DNA of 64,000 nucleotides from NCBI RefSeq assembly GCF_053078305.1, contig NZ_CP166879.1; one strand, 5' to 3'. Shown piece by piece: positions 1 to 9,172 of this stretch (position 1 is its first letter; each line of letters starts with the position of its first letter). The notes under the pieces were generated by a model. It saw only the letters and a program-made list of their open reading frames with translations, ran no database searches and was not told where the DNA came from. The position numbers and the translations under genes were made by a program.

Positions 1-386
1 CGCACGGCAGCATGTTGACCCTGGAAATTACCTCTGGCGTGGTCGCGGTGGTCGGCATTCTGCTGGCAGCCTGGCTGTGGCTGGGTAAACGTACTCTGGT
101 GACCTCCATCGCCAACAGTGCGCCGGGCCGTCTGCTGGGCACCTGGTGGTACAACGCCTGGGGCTTTGACTGGCTGTACGACAAAGTGTTCGTCAAGCCG
201 TTCCTGGGTATTGCCTGGTTGCTGAAACGCGATCCGCTGAACTCAATGATGAACATTCCGGCGGTTCTTTCCCGCTTTGCAGGTAAAGGCCTGCTGTTAA
301 GCGAGAACGGTTATCTGCGCTGGTATGTGGCATCCATGAGCATCGGTGCGGTCGTGGTGCTGGCACTGTTGATGGTACTGCGTTGA
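1..386 (+). CDS. nuoL: NADH-quinone oxidoreductase subunit L, C-terminal part (5' end lies outside window)
   Basis: ORF ending at 386 with hydrophobic membrane-protein C-terminus, directly followed by nuoM and nuoN in conserved operon order; start is upstream of window. Confidence 0.85.
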   Translation, partial: HGSMLTLEITSGVVAVVGILLAAWLWLGKRTLVTSIANSAPGRLLGTWWYNAWGFDWLYDKVFVKPFLGIAWLLKRDPLNSMMNIPAVLSRFAGKGLLLSENGYLRWYVASMSIGAVVVLALLMVLR

Positions 387-424
387 GTTAAGGATTGTGG
401 GATTGCCCCTGGGCATATAAGAAC

Positions 425-460
425 GTAGGTCGGATAAGCCTCCTTCGCGGTGCATCCGAC
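425..460. repeat. degenerate REP-like palindromic element in nuoL-nuoM spacer
   Basis: gtaggtcggataagcc...gcatccgac resembles REP consensus (GTAGGCCGGATAAG...GCATCCGGC) with mismatches. Confidence 0.4.
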
Positions 461-549
461 ACTACCCCCAGTCCGAAGAGAATTTTCTGTCGTGAGAATT
501 CGTTGAAAATCCGGTCCTGACGGGACTTTTACAAGGAATAAAGATCGCC

Positions 550-2079
550 ATGTTACTACCCTGGCTAATATTAATTCCCTTTATCGGCGGCTTCCTGTGC
601 TGGCAGACCGAACGCTTTGGCGTCAAGGTGCCGCGCTGGATCGCGCTGATCACCATGGGATTGACGCTGGCGCTGTCGCTGCAACTGTGGTTGCAGGGCG
701 GTTATTCACTGACGCAATCCGCCGGAATTCCGCAGTGGCAGTCTGAATTCGACATGCCGTGGATCCCGCGTTTTGGTATCTCTATCCATCTCGCCATTGA
801 CGGGCTGTCGCTGCTGATGGTCGTGCTGACCGGTCTGCTCGGTGTGCTGGCGGTACTCTGTTCGTGGAAAGAGATCGAAAAATATCAGGGCTTCTTCCAC
901 CTCAACCTGATGTGGATCCTGGGCGGCGTTATCGGCGTGTTCCTTGCCATCGACATGTTCCTGTTCTTCTTCTTCTGGGAAATGATGCTGGTGCCGATGT
1001 ACTTCCTGATCGCACTGTGGGGGCATAAAGCCTCTGACGGTAAAACGCGTATCACGGCGGCAACCAAGTTCTTCATTTACACCCAGGCGAGTGGTCTGGT
1101 GATGTTGATCGCCATCCTGGCGCTGGTTTTTGTTCACTACAATGCGACCGGCGTCTGGACCTTCAACTATGAAGAGCTGTTGAATACGCCAATGTCCAGT
1201 GGTGTGGAATATCTGTTGATGCTGGGCTTCTTCATCGCGTTTGCGGTGAAAATGCCGGTGGTTCCGCTGCATGGCTGGCTGCCGGATGCGCACTCACAGG
1301 CTCCGACCGCCGGTTCCGTGGACCTCGCGGGGATCTTGCTGAAAACCGCTGCTTACGGTCTGCTGCGTTTCTCCCTGCCGCTGTTCCCGAACGCGTCGGC
1401 AGAGTTCGCGCCAATCGCTATGTGGCTGGGTGTTATCGGCATCTTCTACGGTGCGTGGATGGCCTTCGCCCAGACCGATATCAAACGTCTGATCGCCTAC
1501 ACCTCGGTTTCCCACATGGGCTTCGTGCTGATTGCTATCTACACCGGCAGCCAGTTGGCCTACCAGGGCGCGGTAATCCAGATGATTGCGCACGGCTTGT
1601 CGGCGGCGGGTCTGTTTATTCTCTGCGGTCAGCTTTATGAACGTATCCATACCCGCGACATGCGCATGATGGGCGGTCTGTGGAGCAAGATGAAATGGCT
1701 GCCAGCACTGTCGCTGTTCTTTGCGGTGGCAACGCTTGGGATGCCTGGCACCGGTAACTTCGTCGGCGAATTTATGATTCTGTTCGGCAGCTTCCAGGTT
1801 GTCCCGGTGATTACCGTTATCTCTACCTTTGGGCTGGTCTTTGCATCTGTTTATTCGCTGGCGATGTTACATCGCGCTTACTTCGGTAAAGCGAAAAGCC
1901 AGATTGCCAGCCAGGAACTGCCAGGGATGTCGCTGCGTGAGCTGTTTATGATCCTGTTGCTGGTGGTGCTGCTGGTACTGCTGGGCTTCTATCCGCAGCC
2001 GATTCTGGATACCTCGCACTCCGCGATTGGCAATATCCAGCAGTGGTTTGTTAATTCCGTTACTACTACAAGGCCGTAA
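550..2079 (+). CDS. nuoM: NADH-quinone oxidoreductase subunit M
   Basis: 509-aa polytopic membrane protein starting MLLPWLILIPFIGGFLCW; antiporter-like complex I subunit; position between nuoL and nuoN. Confidence 0.95.
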   Translation: MLLPWLILIPFIGGFLCWQTERFGVKVPRWIALITMGLTLALSLQLWLQGGYSLTQSAGIPQWQSEFDMPWIPRFGISIHLAIDGLSLLMVVLTGLLGVLAVLCSWKEIEKYQGFFHLNLMWILGGVIGVFLAIDMFLFFFFWEMMLVPMYFLIALWGHKASDGKTRITAATKFFIYTQASGLVMLIAILALVFVHYNATGVWTFNYEELLNTPMSSGVEYLLMLGFFIAFAVKMPVVPLHGWLPDAHSQAPTAGSVDLAGILLKTAAYGLLRFSLPLFPNASAEFAPIAMWLGVIGIFYGAWMAFAQTDIKRLIAYTSVSHMGFVLIAIYTGSQLAYQGAVIQMIAHGLSAAGLFILCGQLYERIHTRDMRMMGGLWSKMKWLPALSLFFAVATLGMPGTGNFVGEFMILFGSFQVVPVITVISTFGLVFASVYSLAMLHRAYFGKAKSQIASQELPGMSLRELFMILLLVVLLVLLGFYPQPILDTSHSAIGNIQQWFVNSVTTTRP

Positions 2080-2085
2080 ATCGCC

Positions 2086-3543
2086 ATGACAATAACTCCA
2101 CAAAACCTGATCGCACTGCTACCGTTGCTGATCGTCGGCTTGACGGTGGTGGTTGTGATGCTCTCCATTGCGTGGCGACGCAATCATTTCCTCAACGCTA
2201 CGCTCTCGGTTATTGGGCTTAACGCGGCGCTGGTTTCGCTCTGGTTTGTTGGCCAGGCGGGCGCTATGGACGTTACGCCGCTGATGCGCGTTGATGGTTT
2301 CGCCATGCTTTACACCGGGCTGGTATTGTTGGCGAGCCTCGCCACCTGTACTTTCGCCTACCCGTGGCTTGAAGGCTATAACGACAACAAGGATGAGTTC
2401 TACCTGTTGGTGTTAATTGCCGCGCTGGGCGGGATCCTGCTGGCGAATGCAAACCATCTGGCGTCTCTGTTCCTCGGTATTGAACTGATCTCTTTGCCGC
2501 TGTTTGGCCTGGTCGGTTACGCTTTCCGCCAGAAACGTTCGCTGGAAGCCAGTATCAAATACACCATCCTTTCTGCCGCAGCGTCTTCTTTCCTGCTGTT
2601 CGGTATGGCGCTGGTGTATGCGCAGTCTGGCGACCTGTCGTTTGTCGCGCTGGGTAAAAACCTCGGCGACGGTATGCTCAACGAGCCGCTGTTGCTGGCA
2701 GGTTTCGGTCTGATGATTGTTGGCCTCGGCTTCAAACTCTCTCTGGTGCCGTTCCACCTGTGGACGCCAGACGTATACCAGGGCGCGCCTGCGCCGGTTT
2801 CCACTTTCCTGGCGACGGCGAGCAAAATCGCTATCTTCGGTGTAGTGATGCGTCTGTTCCTCTACGCACCGGTGGGTGACAGCGAAGCGATTCGGGTGGT
2901 GCTGGCGATTATCGCCTTTGCCTCCATCATCTTCGGTAACCTGATGGCGCTGAGCCAGACCAACATCAAACGTCTGCTCGGTTACTCATCTATCTCTCAC
3001 CTCGGCTATCTGCTGGTGGCGCTGATTGCGCTGCAAACCGGCGAGATGTCGATGGAAGCGGTAGGGGTTTACCTGGCCGGTTATCTGTTCAGCAGCCTCG
3101 GCGCGTTCGGCGTGGTCAGCCTGATGTCCAGCCCGTATCGTGGCCCGGATGCTGATTCCCTGTTCTCTTACCGCGGTCTGTTCTGGCATCGTCCGATCCT
3201 CGCGGCGGTGATGACGGTGATGATGCTGTCTCTGGCCGGTATCCCGATGACGCTGGGCTTTATCGGTAAGTTCTACGTGCTGGCGGTCGGTGTCCAGGCA
3301 CACTTGTGGTGGCTGGTGGGTGCCGTGGTTGTCGGTTCGGCAATCGGCCTCTACTACTACCTGCGCGTGGCGGTGAGCCTGTACCTGCACGCACCGGAAC
3401 AACCGGGTCGCGATGCACCGTCAAACTGGCAGTACAGCGCGGGCGGTATCGTGGTGCTGATCTCCGCACTGTTGGTACTGGTGCTGGGTGTATGGCCACA
3501 ACCGCTGATTAGCATTGTGCGGTTAGCAATGCCACTGATGTAA
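2086..3543 (+). CDS. nuoN: NADH-quinone oxidoreductase subunit N
   Basis: 485-aa membrane protein starting [24 protein letters not shown]; last gene of nuo operon, followed by hairpin terminator. Confidence 0.95.
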
Positions 3544-3565
3544 TCTGTTAGTTTGTAAGTCAGAA

Positions 3566-3595
3566 AGCCGCCGACATGTTCGGCGGTTTTTTTAT
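3566..3595 (+). terminator. rho-independent terminator of nuo operon
   Basis: GC-rich hairpin gccgccgacatgttcggcgg followed by run of T (ttttttt). Confidence 0.8.
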
Positions 3596-3620
3596 GGTAT
3601 TTATAAAGAAATTAGAAGAG

Positions 3621-4097
3621 TTAATCCCACCAACAAATAACCGGATGCATACCCGCAGGGACCTCAACCCATCCATGATTCGTATCTTCTGACCATCCTT
3701 CCCAACACTCATCAGGGGCAATTTCTTCTACAAACCAGCTCTGAACTTCTTCTGGTGAAGCAGAAGTGATAACTAAAATACGTTCACTAAAGGGCCAGTC
3801 TGGGTCATCGAACATTGTAATCTCTACCAAAACATCACTGACATCGTTACGCTCACGAATTTTCTGTAAATGGTGATAGATAGTTTGCGGAGATTGTTCT
3901 GGAGTCACATTGCAACATATCGAACCGACGATATTATTGCCGATAAAAAAATCCTCAAGAGATAACAATGGACGCAGGGTATCAGGATCATTAACATCAC
4001 CGTTGATATTAACAAGTTGGGTAATGCGTTCTAAAGGTGTCATAATCATTCCTTGAAATAATTCATTCATCAAGTGAATGGTATTGTCTGAATTCAT
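3621..4097 (-). CDS. hypothetical protein, 158 aa, low-GC (possibly yfbO-position gene)
   Basis: Intact ORF in AT-rich DNA; Trp-rich acidic C-terminus; no recognisable catalytic motif; identity with K-12 yfbO not verifiable from memory. Confidence 0.55.
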   Translation of the reverse strand: MNSDNTIHLMNELFQGMIMTPLERITQLVNINGDVNDPDTLRPLLSLEDFFIGNNIVGSICCNVTPEQSPQTIYHHLQKIRERNDVSDVLVEITMFDDPDWPFSERILVITSASPEEVQSWFVEEIAPDECWEGWSEDTNHGWVEVPAGMHPVICWWD

Positions 4098-4225
4098 TAA
4101 CGAATAAATAGAAACAACGCCATACGTCTTATTAGTTTCAGGAGTATCATAACATGGACGTTAAGCAGGAAATGCAGTTATACCATTGTTATATATAATA
4201 TCTTAAATATTTAAAGGCTTATGAC

Positions 4226-4942
4226 ATGGAATGGTTAAGTGAAATTCGCAAACTTCGGGAGAGCATATCTGTCGGTATCCAGGCTGCCAGGCGTTTGTTA
4301 GAGAAGACTGGTGGTGATGTTGATGAAGCCATTAAGTTGTTTCATATTGACCAAATCAATATATTGACGGCAAAAGTAGACGTCACTCATCAGGAGGCAG
4401 AGAATGTTTTGCTGGCGGCAAACTACGATATGGCAGAAGCTCTTCGGCGTATTGATGAACAGCGTTATACACTGACGGAATTGATTATACGTAAAAATAA
4501 GGATGCCGGAGATGCTTTAAGTAATATAGAATTAGCAATAACATATGAATGGAATCTGACATGCAAATTTTGGTTTGGTTTTAAGGCATTCCAGTCGCTG
4601 CCTCCACAATTACAAGCCTTTATGCTGGTATGTGAATGGCGTAACTATTGGGGATGGGAAGGCCTGGATAGTGCGTTATATTATGAGATGGACAATGTCC
4701 CCCAACAATTACAGGTAGTAGGCTTAGATGAAATGGCTAAAGTTATTGTTGTGGCGAGAAATCGTTATGATGAGTTAAGAGCACAAGGCAAAGAGCATAA
4801 TAAAATCATTAAAGATGATAAATTTAAAAAATTTATGAAGCACTGTGAACAACTGGATAGTGAAGTAGACTCTATATTACTGCAATTTGTGAAGGATAAT
4901 ATTGAGGTTTTCCCACGTCGCCACAACGGACACGATTTATAA
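4226..4942 (+). CDS. yfbN: uncharacterised protein with EF-Ts N-terminal (UBA-like) motif, 238 aa
   Basis: 238-aa ORF; N-terminus LSEIRKLRESISVGIQAARRLLEKTGGDVDEAIKLF resembles the TS-N/UBA fold motif of elongation factor Ts; size and position match K-12 yfbN. Confidence 0.6.
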   Translation: MEWLSEIRKLRESISVGIQAARRLLEKTGGDVDEAIKLFHIDQINILTAKVDVTHQEAENVLLAANYDMAEALRRIDEQRYTLTELIIRKNKDAGDALSNIELAITYEWNLTCKFWFGFKAFQSLPPQLQAFMLVCEWRNYWGWEGLDSALYYEMDNVPQQLQVVGLDEMAKVIVVARNRYDELRAQGKEHNKIIKDDKFKKFMKHCEQLDSEVDSILLQFVKDNIEVFPRRHNGHDL

Positions 4943-5510
4943 AAAATCATCCCCAAATTTAACTGGCTTTTTATCTGCCTGGTAATGTCCAGATAATGCC
5001 AGGTTGAATTCCGTTTCCATCCAACATGTCAGATCGTTGCCAATACAGATGATATCGCTGTTATATACTGAATACACGGGATTACCACCAGTATATGAAG
5101 ATGTAGACATATAACGATGCTTATACAAAGGAATCAAAACCGGGCACTGGTTTGAAATTATATCAAAATGATCTTTGCGTGAATCTAAATTAAGGGGGGG
5201 CTCCCCATACATCAAGCCAGAAATTATTTTTTATAACATCGTATAATACACCTTCTAAAGGGGTTTTGAATTTCTGTTTCACCTCGTTTTCCATTTTTGA
5301 TGAGTGCAGCGCTTGCCGCCAGTGAATAAAACCTTCAGTCGATGGCAAAGCAGTATGCAAAAATGCTTTAAAATCGAGTGGAAAGCAAAAATTAAAAGTT
5401 TGCTCAATGGCAGTAATCTCAGCCTCACTCAAACCTGCATAGAATATAATTCCTTGTGCTTTTAATTTGTTAACCAGAAATGTGTAGTCCAATGCCTTGT
5501 TTAATTTCAT
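4937..5510 (-). pseudogene. SUKH/Smi1-Knr4-like putative immunity protein, disrupted by frameshift at a 7-nt G/C homopolymer
   Basis: Two adjacent minus-strand ORFs (5190..5510 and 4937..5215) overlap at the run ggggggg at 5194..5200; the N-terminal part has the SUKH-like motif LSEAEITAIEQTFNFCFPLDFKAFL; together about 191 aa. Confidence 0.45.
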
Positions 5511-5661
5511 CCCAATAACCTTAAATCCTTATGCTTCAGTCTAAAACGAAGTTAAATCATTCGTAAGCTGGATAAAACATTTCTGCATCACATCCAGCTT
5601 TTAGAACGAATGTTTCATTTAAACTTCTATACATCAACCTTCAATTCTGCTGCCAACTAAA

Positions 5662-6165
5662 TCACCCAACAATAACCGTCAGCGCATGATTCCCTTGTCG
5701 CAGCATACGTCGATACGCGCTAATCAGCTTTTCCATATCAAGCATGATCGAAGCAAAGAGTTGCCCCTCTAACTCTTCTGAAAAGGTCACTCCCGGATAA
5801 ATCTCCATTTCATTGAGTCGCTTAATGGAAAACTGTTTACGCAGTTCATTTCGATCCAGTGATTCCAGTCGGTCGATTGTCGCGGCTAACTCCTGATTCC
5901 ATGTCAATCCCAGGAAACCATCTATACCATCTTCGAGGCTGTGTTCACCAAGCACGGCACGACTCAGCGGATCATTCTTCGCTGGATCGAACGCAGAGGT
6001 GCCTGTCAGCCCAAAGTGTAAAAAATCCCAGCGTTTATCAATATCCAGTCGGCGTAATCCTGAAAGCGTGTCATGTATATTATCCATCAAAGGTTTTTCA
6101 GTAGACTCAAGCAGTTGGTTAATCTTTTCTGAGTCAATTTCTGCAAAATAGCCAATCATTCCCAT
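5662..6165 (-). CDS. yfbM: DUF1877-family protein YfbM
   Basis: 167-aa ORF MGMIGYFAEIDSEKINQLLE...; size, sequence character and position match YfbM. Confidence 0.7.
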   Translation of the reverse strand: MGMIGYFAEIDSEKINQLLESTEKPLMDNIHDTLSGLRRLDIDKRWDFLHFGLTGTSAFDPAKNDPLSRAVLGEHSLEDGIDGFLGLTWNQELAATIDRLESLDRNELRKQFSIKRLNEMEIYPGVTFSEELEGQLFASIMLDMEKLISAYRRMLRQGNHALTVIVG

Positions 6166-6267
6166 TTATTTTTCCTCCGTTGAATTTCATGTTTCGCATC
6201 TTAAAACAGATGAGGGAAAATAAAATGTGCATGTCGCTTTTTCTGGACCCACCTCGAGAAATTTTTA

Positions 6268-7203
6268 TTATTTACTGTTGTATAACAAAGTTATAACACC
6301 ATTCACTACCTGAGCCATTTTCTGATAATTCAATCTGTCTGCGGTATCACCGGGCAAGTGGTATTGTTTATTACGATAAAAAGCGGTGTCAGTAATCATT
6401 ATGGCGGGAATATCGTGTTGCCAATAATTCAGGTGATCAGAGAAATCAATACCGGGAATAAACCCTGGGGCATTCATAGAATAAACAGATAAATCCTGAG
6501 ATGACAACAATGCCGCTTTTACCTGACGAACGGCGTTGATATCCTGCATTCTGCCGACCACGGCAATAAAGTCTCCCCGATCGGGATAAAGCCAGGACAT
6601 TGCCGAGTAAGGGTAATTCTGGCTTCCAGGCGCAGAGTCGTAATAGCCAATCATCTCCAGTGCTATCATTAATTTCACTGGATGCTCAAGCGAAGCTGCA
6701 TGCACCGCGCTCCCCATTTCATCGCTACGAAAGAAGTGCGGTTCTTCCGACGCATAGGCGACCAGCTGCACGCCTGTTTTCGGTACTTGCTGATGTAACA
6801 AACGTGCCAGTTCGAGTAATCCTGCCACACCGCTGGCGTTATCATCCGCGCCCGGCGTATAGGTCAATTGATCGTTTTCATAACTGCTGGCAGAGTCATA
6901 ATGCGCACCAATAATAATCAGCGGTCCATCGGCAGGACCATAATCAGCAACAATGTTTTTGTAGGGGCCACCCGTAATGGGGACATCCTGCGAGGTAACT
7001 CTGGCACCGCTACTGACAAAGACCTCTTTTATATACTCTGCGGACCTATTCAGATTATCAATATTGTCGGCACTACGTGGATGCACAGTTTGTGTAAGAT
7101 AACGAACTGTTTTTTCTAATTGCTCAGGACTTGCGTGTCGGGGCGTTGACGGTAATGCATTGACCCAGGGTTGGTAAAAAATAATCATAGGGAGTAAAAA
7201 CAC
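6268..7203 (-). CDS. yfbL: M28-family zinc peptidase (aminopeptidase-like), GTG start
   Basis: 311-aa ORF with M28 peptidase metal-binding motifs (IIGAHYDS, GADDNASG, EE pair in ASEEPHF); hydrophobic N-terminal segment; first in-frame start is GTG at 7203. Confidence 0.8.
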   Translation of the reverse strand: MFLLPMIIFYQPWVNALPSTPRHASPEQLEKTVRYLTQTVHPRSADNIDNLNRSAEYIKEVFVSSGARVTSQDVPITGGPYKNIVADYGPADGPLIIIGAHYDSASSYENDQLTYTPGADDNASGVAGLLELARLLHQQVPKTGVQLVAYASEEPHFFRSDEMGSAVHAASLEHPVKLMIALEMIGYYDSAPGSQNYPYSAMSWLYPDRGDFIAVVGRMQDINAVRQVKAALLSSQDLSVYSMNAPGFIPGIDFSDHLNYWQHDIPAIMITDTAFYRNKQYHLPGDTADRLNYQKMAQVVNGVITLLYNSK

Positions 7204-7375
7204 AAATAATATAATAAAAGCAAAGATTATTTTTTTATATGCAAATTATTAATGGGTTGCGTTGTTGAATCATTATTTGCTATGGGTTTCGATATTGTAT
7301 TTTATTAAGATTAGCAGGATTATACAAAGAGTATATTTTATGTCTGGTGCCTGAGTTTATTTAAAAGGATTTTAT

Positions 7376-9102
7376 ATGCGAAATAAAAATATAATCATGT
7401 TGCTTATGAGTAGTTTGATTTTGTCAGGATGTGGGCCGCAACCTGAGAATAAGGAAAGTCAGCAACAACAACCCAGTACTCCCACAGAGCAGCAAGTGCT
7501 TGCCGCGCAGCAAGCTGCAATAAAAGAGGCTGAGCAAAGCGCCGCCGCCGCGAAAGCCTTGGCCCAGCAAGAAGTGCAACAATATTCAGACAAACAGGCT
7601 TTACAGGGGCGATTGCAGGAAGCGCCAACATTTGCAAGAGCGGCTAAAGCAAAAGCTACACATATCGCAAATCCAGGAACCGCTCGCTACCAGCAGTTCG
7701 ATGATAATCCGGTTAAGCAGGTAGCGCAAAATCCGTTGGCGACGTTTAGTCTTGACGTTGACACTGGCAGTTATGCGAATGTAAGGCGTTTCCTCAATCA
7801 AGGGCTGTTACCTCCGCCAGACGCTGTGCGGGTGGAGGAGATAGTCAATTATTTCCCGTCTGATTGGGATATCAAAGACAAACAATCTATTCCGGCCTCT
7901 AAGCCAATACCTTTCGCTATGCGCTACGAATTGGCACCTGCACCATGGAATGAACAGCGAACATTGCTGAAAGTTGATATCCTGGCGAAAGATCGCAAAA
8001 GTGAAGAGTTACCAGCTTCTAATCTGGTCTTTCTTATCGACACTTCTGGTTCAATGATTTCTGATGAACGTTTGCCACTTATCCAGTCTTCGTTGAAATT
8101 ATTGGTCAAAGAACTTCGTGAGCAGGATAACATTGCCATCGTGACCTACGCTGGCGACTCCCGTATTGCATTGCCTTCTATCTCCGGGAGTCATAAGGCG
8201 GAAATTAATGCCGCAATTGATTCGCTGGATGCCGAAGGCAGTACCAATGGCGGTCCGGGCTGGAACTGGCTTATCAGCAGGCGGCGAAGGGGTTTATTAA
8301 GGGCGGTATCAATCGCATTTTATTGGCCACTGACGGTGACTTTAACGTTGGTATTGACGATCCAAAATCGATTGAATTAATGATCAAAAAACAGCGGGAG
8401 TCCGGTGTTACTCTGTCGACGTTTGGCGTGGGGGATGACAATTACAACGAGGCAATGATGGTGCGAATTGCCGATGTTGGCAACGGTAACTACAGCTACA
8501 TTGATACCCTCTCTGAAGCGCAGAAAGTATTGAACAGTGAAATGCGGCAGACGTTGATTACCGTAGCAAAAGATGTCAAAGCGCAAATTGAGTTTAACCC
8601 CGCGTGGGTAACGGAATACCGTCAGATTGGTTATGAAAAGCGCCAACTTCGGGCGGAAGATTTTAATAACGACAACGTTGATGCGGGGGATATTGGCGCA
8701 GGCAAACATATAACGTTGTTATTTGAATTAACGCTGAACGGGCAAAAAGCATCAATTGATAAGTTACGCTATGCCCCGGATAACAAATTAGCGAAATCGG
8801 ACAAAACGAAAGAACTGGCCTGGTTAAAAATTCGCTGGAAATACCCGCAGGGAAAAGAAAGTCAGTTAGTTGAATTCCCGCTGGGGCCAACAATAAACGC
8901 GCCCTCTGAAGATATGCGTTTTCGCGCAGCAGTAGCTGCATATGGGCAAAAGTTACGCGGTTCTGAATACCTGAACAATACCTCCTGGCAGCAGATCAAA
9001 CAGTGGGCTCAGCAGGCAAAAGGGGTAGATCCACAGGGTTACAGGGCGGAATTTATTCGCCTGATTGAACTGGCGGATGGTGTGACTGACATCAGTCAGT
9101 GA
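7376..9102 (+). pseudogene. yfbK: von Willebrand factor A domain lipoprotein YfbK, interrupted by a -1 frameshift near 8254
   Basis: N-terminal ORF 7376..8380 (lipobox LSGC; VWA MIDAS motif DTSGSM) and C-terminal ORF 8323..9102 are colinear in frames +2/+1; reading frame switches after ...AEGSTNGG, consistent with one missing base. Confidence 0.8.
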
Positions 9103-9122
9103 TGACTTTTTAGCAAACTATG

Positions 9123-9156
9123 TTCGACCAGTCAGCATATTTGCTGACTGGTCGAA
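9123..9156. terminator. bidirectional hairpin terminator between convergent yfbK and elaD
   Basis: Perfect 15-bp inverted repeat ttcgaccagtcagca / tgctgactggtcgaa with 4-nt loop, between two convergent stop codons. Confidence 0.7.
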
Positions 9157-9172
9157 TTAATTAACAATGATG

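Noticed and set aside
706-1650. Antisense ORFs of 60-195 aa inside nuoM (e.g. 706..1293, 1294..1650 on minus strand)
   Set aside because: They lie entirely within and opposite to a well-supported membrane-protein gene, have Arg/His/Gln-rich composition typical of out-of-frame GC-rich translation, and have no start or RBS context
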